This document shows, piece by piece, positions 38,729 through 40,588 of a stretch of DNA of 40,588 nucleotides (position 1 is its first letter; every line of letters starts with the position of its first letter). The DNA is from Candidatus Chaera renei. Its GTDB lineage: Bacteria > Patescibacteriota > Saccharimonadia > Saccharimonadales > Saccharimonadaceae. The stretch covers positions 1-40,588 of the forward strand of contig SCKW01000001.1 of assembly GCA_004100265.1 (NCBI GenBank). Direction: 5' to 3'. The notes below the pieces were generated by a model, which saw only the letters and a list, made by a program, of their open reading frames with translations, ran no database searches and was not told the origin of the DNA. The position numbers and the translations under genes were made by a program.

Positions 38729-39784
38729 CTATTTTTTTACCTTCTTGTTTCTTATTAAAATTCTAAAATAAGTATACTTTCCGTTTATTGCTAAATCCTT
38801 GTCATCGTCGCCCTTGCGAAATTTTATAATCTCAAATTGTTCTGGATTATATTTATCAAGAAAAGTTATCGGCACGCCCATTGCGCCGTCATAATCCACA
38901 GGAATCTCGGTAACTTTTGATACCTCAATCGCGTCGTAGTTGTCGTATTTCGGATACTCTTTTGGGGTATATTTTTTATAGAGATCAAGTTTTTGGTGAC
39001 GCTTGGCAGTATCAAGGTTTGTAAACCAAATTGACGGCGATCTACCATAAACCACTCCATTGATAACTTTATATTGACTACCGACTTTACCGTTTTCTAC
39101 CATTCTTTTTGCGTATTCGTCTGGCACAATAAACAGCATATCGTATCCCATCGGCATCATTCCGGCCCAAAGTTTATTTTCTTTAATCAGCTTGAAAATC
39201 TCCTTATAGGTGATTGCATTTTTGTTGCCAAGAATCAAAAACTTTTTGTTATATTCCACCAGTTGGGCGACATATTCACGGAAAAGCGAGAACGGTGGAT
39301 TGGTCACTACAATATCGGCTTGTTTGAGCAGTTCAATGCACTCATCGCTGCGGAAATCTCCACCGTCTTTGAGAGGCGTAACGGTGTTTTTATCGCACTT
39401 TAGTAACTGTTTTACGTCGTTAATATCTATCGCTCCGTCTTGGTCGCTATCTAACACTTCAGTAATTTCAATTTTTAGTGGTTCCTTCTTTTTCTCGTTT
39501 TTTACGCCTTCCATTTCAAGTAGTGATAGCTGCTTCCCAGTAATCGGTGATCCACTGTAACTGGTAGCAATAAGTTTTTTTAGTCCAAACTCCTTGAAAT
39601 TGGCGGCAAAGTATTTGAAAAAATTACTCTCAAAAGGATCATCACAGTTGCAATATACGACCTTGCCGCGAAACTGATCCTTGTAGTGTTTCAGCTCTTT
39701 TTCAATATCAACCAGCCGAGTATAAAACTCGTCTTTTTTTGCCTTGTTTGCTTTATGCAAAGTTGTATTTGAAGATTTAGCCAT
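38729..39784 (-). CDS. EcoRI-methylase-family N6-adenine DNA methyltransferase
   Basis: DEFYTRLVDIEKEL...VVYCNCDDP...GDFRS...ADIVVTNPPFSLFREY...YPKYDNYDAI...MGVPITFLDKYNP pattern, with catalytic NPPF. It is 1 nt from the next gene and 2 nt after the regulator gene. Confidence 0.88.
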   Translation of the reverse strand: MAKSSNTTLHKANKAKKDEFYTRLVDIEKELKHYKDQFRGKVVYCNCDDPFESNFFKYFAANFKEFGLKKLIATSYSGSPITGKQLSLLEMEGVKNEKKKEPLKIEITEVLDSDQDGAIDINDVKQLLKCDKNTVTPLKDGGDFRSDECIELLKQADIVVTNPPFSLFREYVAQLVEYNKKFLILGNKNAITYKEIFKLIKENKLWAGMMPMGYDMLFIVPDEYAKRMVENGKVGSQYKVINGVVYGRSPSIWFTNLDTAKRHQKLDLYKKYTPKEYPKYDNYDAIEVSKVTEIPVDYDGAMGVPITFLDKYNPEQFEIIKFRKGDDDKDLAINGKYTYFRILIRNKKVKK

Positions 39785-39786
39785 AG

Positions 39787-39999
39787 TTATTTCAACAGCT
39801 CGTCGCTTGTTACTCCCAATGCTTGAGCGATTTTCTCAATGGTGGCGAGCGTGGGATTGCCTTTGCCCGCTTCAATATTGCTCATTTGCGCACGATCAAG
39901 TCCGACCGCGCGGCAAATGTCGCCTTGCGTCATATTCTTTTGCTCGCGTATTCGCTTGATGTTTTTGCCAAGTTTTGACGTTGGGGTTTTCATATTCAC
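39787..39999 (-). CDS. XRE-family HTH protein, R-M controller (C-protein)-like
   Basis: About 70 aa HTH_3 pattern (IKRIREQKNMTQGDICRAVGLDRAQMSNIEAGKGNPTLATIEKIAQALGV). First gene of the operon. Start is GTG at 39999 or ATG at 39993. Confidence 0.85.
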   Translation of the reverse strand: MNMKTPTSKLGKNIKRIREQKNMTQGDICRAVGLDRAQMSNIEAGKGNPTLATIEKIAQALGVTSDELLK

Positions 40000-40005
40000 A
40001 GATGT

Positions 40006-40052
40006 ATTATAGCCAAATATTGTGTCTTATGACAATAATGTGATATATTACA
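40006..40052 (-). promoter_or_regulatory. candidate promoter (TTGTCA-N18-TATAAT, minus strand) with two TGT...ACA palindromic operator-like boxes
   Basis: -10 at 40011-40006 and -35 at 40035-40030. Palindromes are TGTCTTATGACA (40023-40034, overlapping the -35) and TGTGATATATTACA (40039-40052, 12/14 symmetric). Confidence 0.45.
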
Positions 40053-40095
40053 AGTATGTATTTAGTGAAGCGGCGGAATCAGTGGGCAAAATGCC

Positions 40096-40115
40096 CGAAA
40101 GTCAAATTTTGGTGG
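40096..40115 (+). repeat. right copy of the imperfect direct repeat (see 35223-35242), overlapping the tRNA-Leu 3' end
   Basis: 17/20 identity with the left copy, in the same orientation. Confidence 0.45.
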
Positions 40116-40198
40116 GCGAGGTGGGACTCGAACCCACAAGGCCTGTTATGGCCAGCGGATTTTAAGTCCGCCGCGTATACCGGTTCCGCCACTCGCCC
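40110..40198 (-). tRNA. tRNA-Leu (anticodon UAA), long variable arm, CCA encoded
   Basis: Hand fold: acceptor GGGCGAG/CTCGCCC, anticodon stem GCGGA/TCCGC with loop CTTAAAA, variable arm TGGCCATAACAGGCCTT, T arm GTGGG-TTCGAGT-CCCAC. Confidence 0.92.
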
Positions 40199-40232
40199 CT
40201 GTTTTTAAAGCGCCGCCCCGCGGGATTAAGAC

Positions 40233-40306
40233 TGGAGGCGCGTACGGGAATCGCACCCGTCTACGAGGTTTTGCAGACCTCTGCGTAACTTCTCCGCCAA
40301 CGCGCC
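40233..40306 (-). tRNA. tRNA-Cys (anticodon GCA), CCA encoded
   Basis: Hand fold: acceptor GGCGCGT/ACGCGCC, anticodon stem GAGGT/ACCTC with loop CTGCAAA, T arm ACGGG-TGCGATT-CCCGT. Confidence 0.9.
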
Positions 40307-40401
40307 ATACCCCAAACAAACCGCTCTATAAAGAGCCGCTTGCCTTATTTTAACCGCTGGCCGCCCCGCGGGCAAATCAGATATAGCCCGTCCCGCCCCG
40401 C

Positions 40402-40431
40402 TTGCCAAATTAAAGATTCATTAGTTATAAT
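40402..40431 (+). promoter_or_regulatory. candidate promoter for tRNA-Gly (TTGCCA-N18-TATAAT)
   Basis: The -10 ends 12 nt before the mature tRNA 5' end. Confidence 0.5.
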
Positions 40432-40443
40432 TCTTGAGGTCAT

Positions 40444-40520
40444 GCGGGTGTAGCTCAGTTGTTTAGAGCGCGTCCTTGCCAAGGACGAGGCCGAGAGTTA
40501 GAGTCTCTTCACCCGCACCA
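40444..40520 (+). tRNA. tRNA-Gly (anticodon GCC), CCA encoded
   Basis: Hand fold: acceptor GCGGGTG/CACCCGC, D arm GCTC/GAGC, anticodon stem CGTCC/GGACG with loop TTGCCAA, T arm GAGAG-TTAGAGT-CTCTT (one G-U pair). Confidence 0.92.
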
Positions 40521-40563
40521 ATACGATCCAAATGTTTTTTAAACAGTATAGTTTCAAACATTT

Positions 40564-40585
40564 GAGGCCGCTTGGCCTCTTTTTT
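40564..40585 (+). terminator. intrinsic terminator GAGGCC-GCTT-GGCCTC followed by T6
   Basis: Read from the sequence. It is preceded by a second 9-bp hairpin CAAATGTTT/AAACATTTG (40529-40564). Confidence 0.7.
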
Positions 40586-40588
40586 GAT

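Noticed and set aside
38729-39784. Inferring GAATTC specificity for the EcoRI-family methyltransferase from site avoidance
   Set aside because: GAATTC occurs several times in the backbone (for example 3387-3392 and 15646-15651). Family membership does not fix specificity, so no conclusion is possible without methylome data.

Overview
A bacterial chromosomal segment of about 40.6 kb. It is moderately GC-rich and almost entirely coded on the minus strand. The housekeeping backbone holds trxB (partial), a glutaredoxin-like gene, pheS-pheT, rmuC, rpsP-KH-trmD, rnc, nusB, rpmF, leuS, a murF-type ligase, ligA, htpX and lemA. It also carries many small membrane proteins, three intact NUDIX genes plus one frameshifted copy, a Ni-superoxide dismutase with its maturation protease, and a MarR-ABC exporter operon. 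Six tRNAs were folded by hand: Gln-CUG, Ala-GGC, Leu-UAA, Cys-GCA and Gly-GCC, all with encoded CCA. No rRNA, CRISPR array, integrase or intact transposase was seen. The gene content (no rimM or rplS around trmD, compact operons with overlapping stops and starts) fits a small-genome uncultivated bacterium, possibly Patescibacteria/CPR, but that is inference only. The main hunt result is a visibly AT-rich, four-gene minus-strand operon at 35.6-40.0 kb, wedged between the MarR-ABC operon and a tRNA-Leu/Cys/Gly cluster. It encodes a small XRE/C-protein-like regulator, an EcoRI-family N6-adenine DNA methyltransferase, a DUF262 (ParB-like, DGQQR) protein fused to an HNH nuclease, and an SF1 UvrD-like helicase. 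It is flanked by an imperfect 20-nt direct repeat that overlaps the 3' end of tRNA-Leu. This combination does not match any defence or R-M architecture I know, so I propose it as a candidate novel R-M-like hybrid defence module. Secondary observations: a GC-rich patch with a truncated IS66-family transposase 3' end next to tRNA-Ala; a flavoprotein disulfide reductase homolog that has lost its redox cysteines; SodX fused to a membrane domain; and consensus promoters positioned for leaderless mRNAs.
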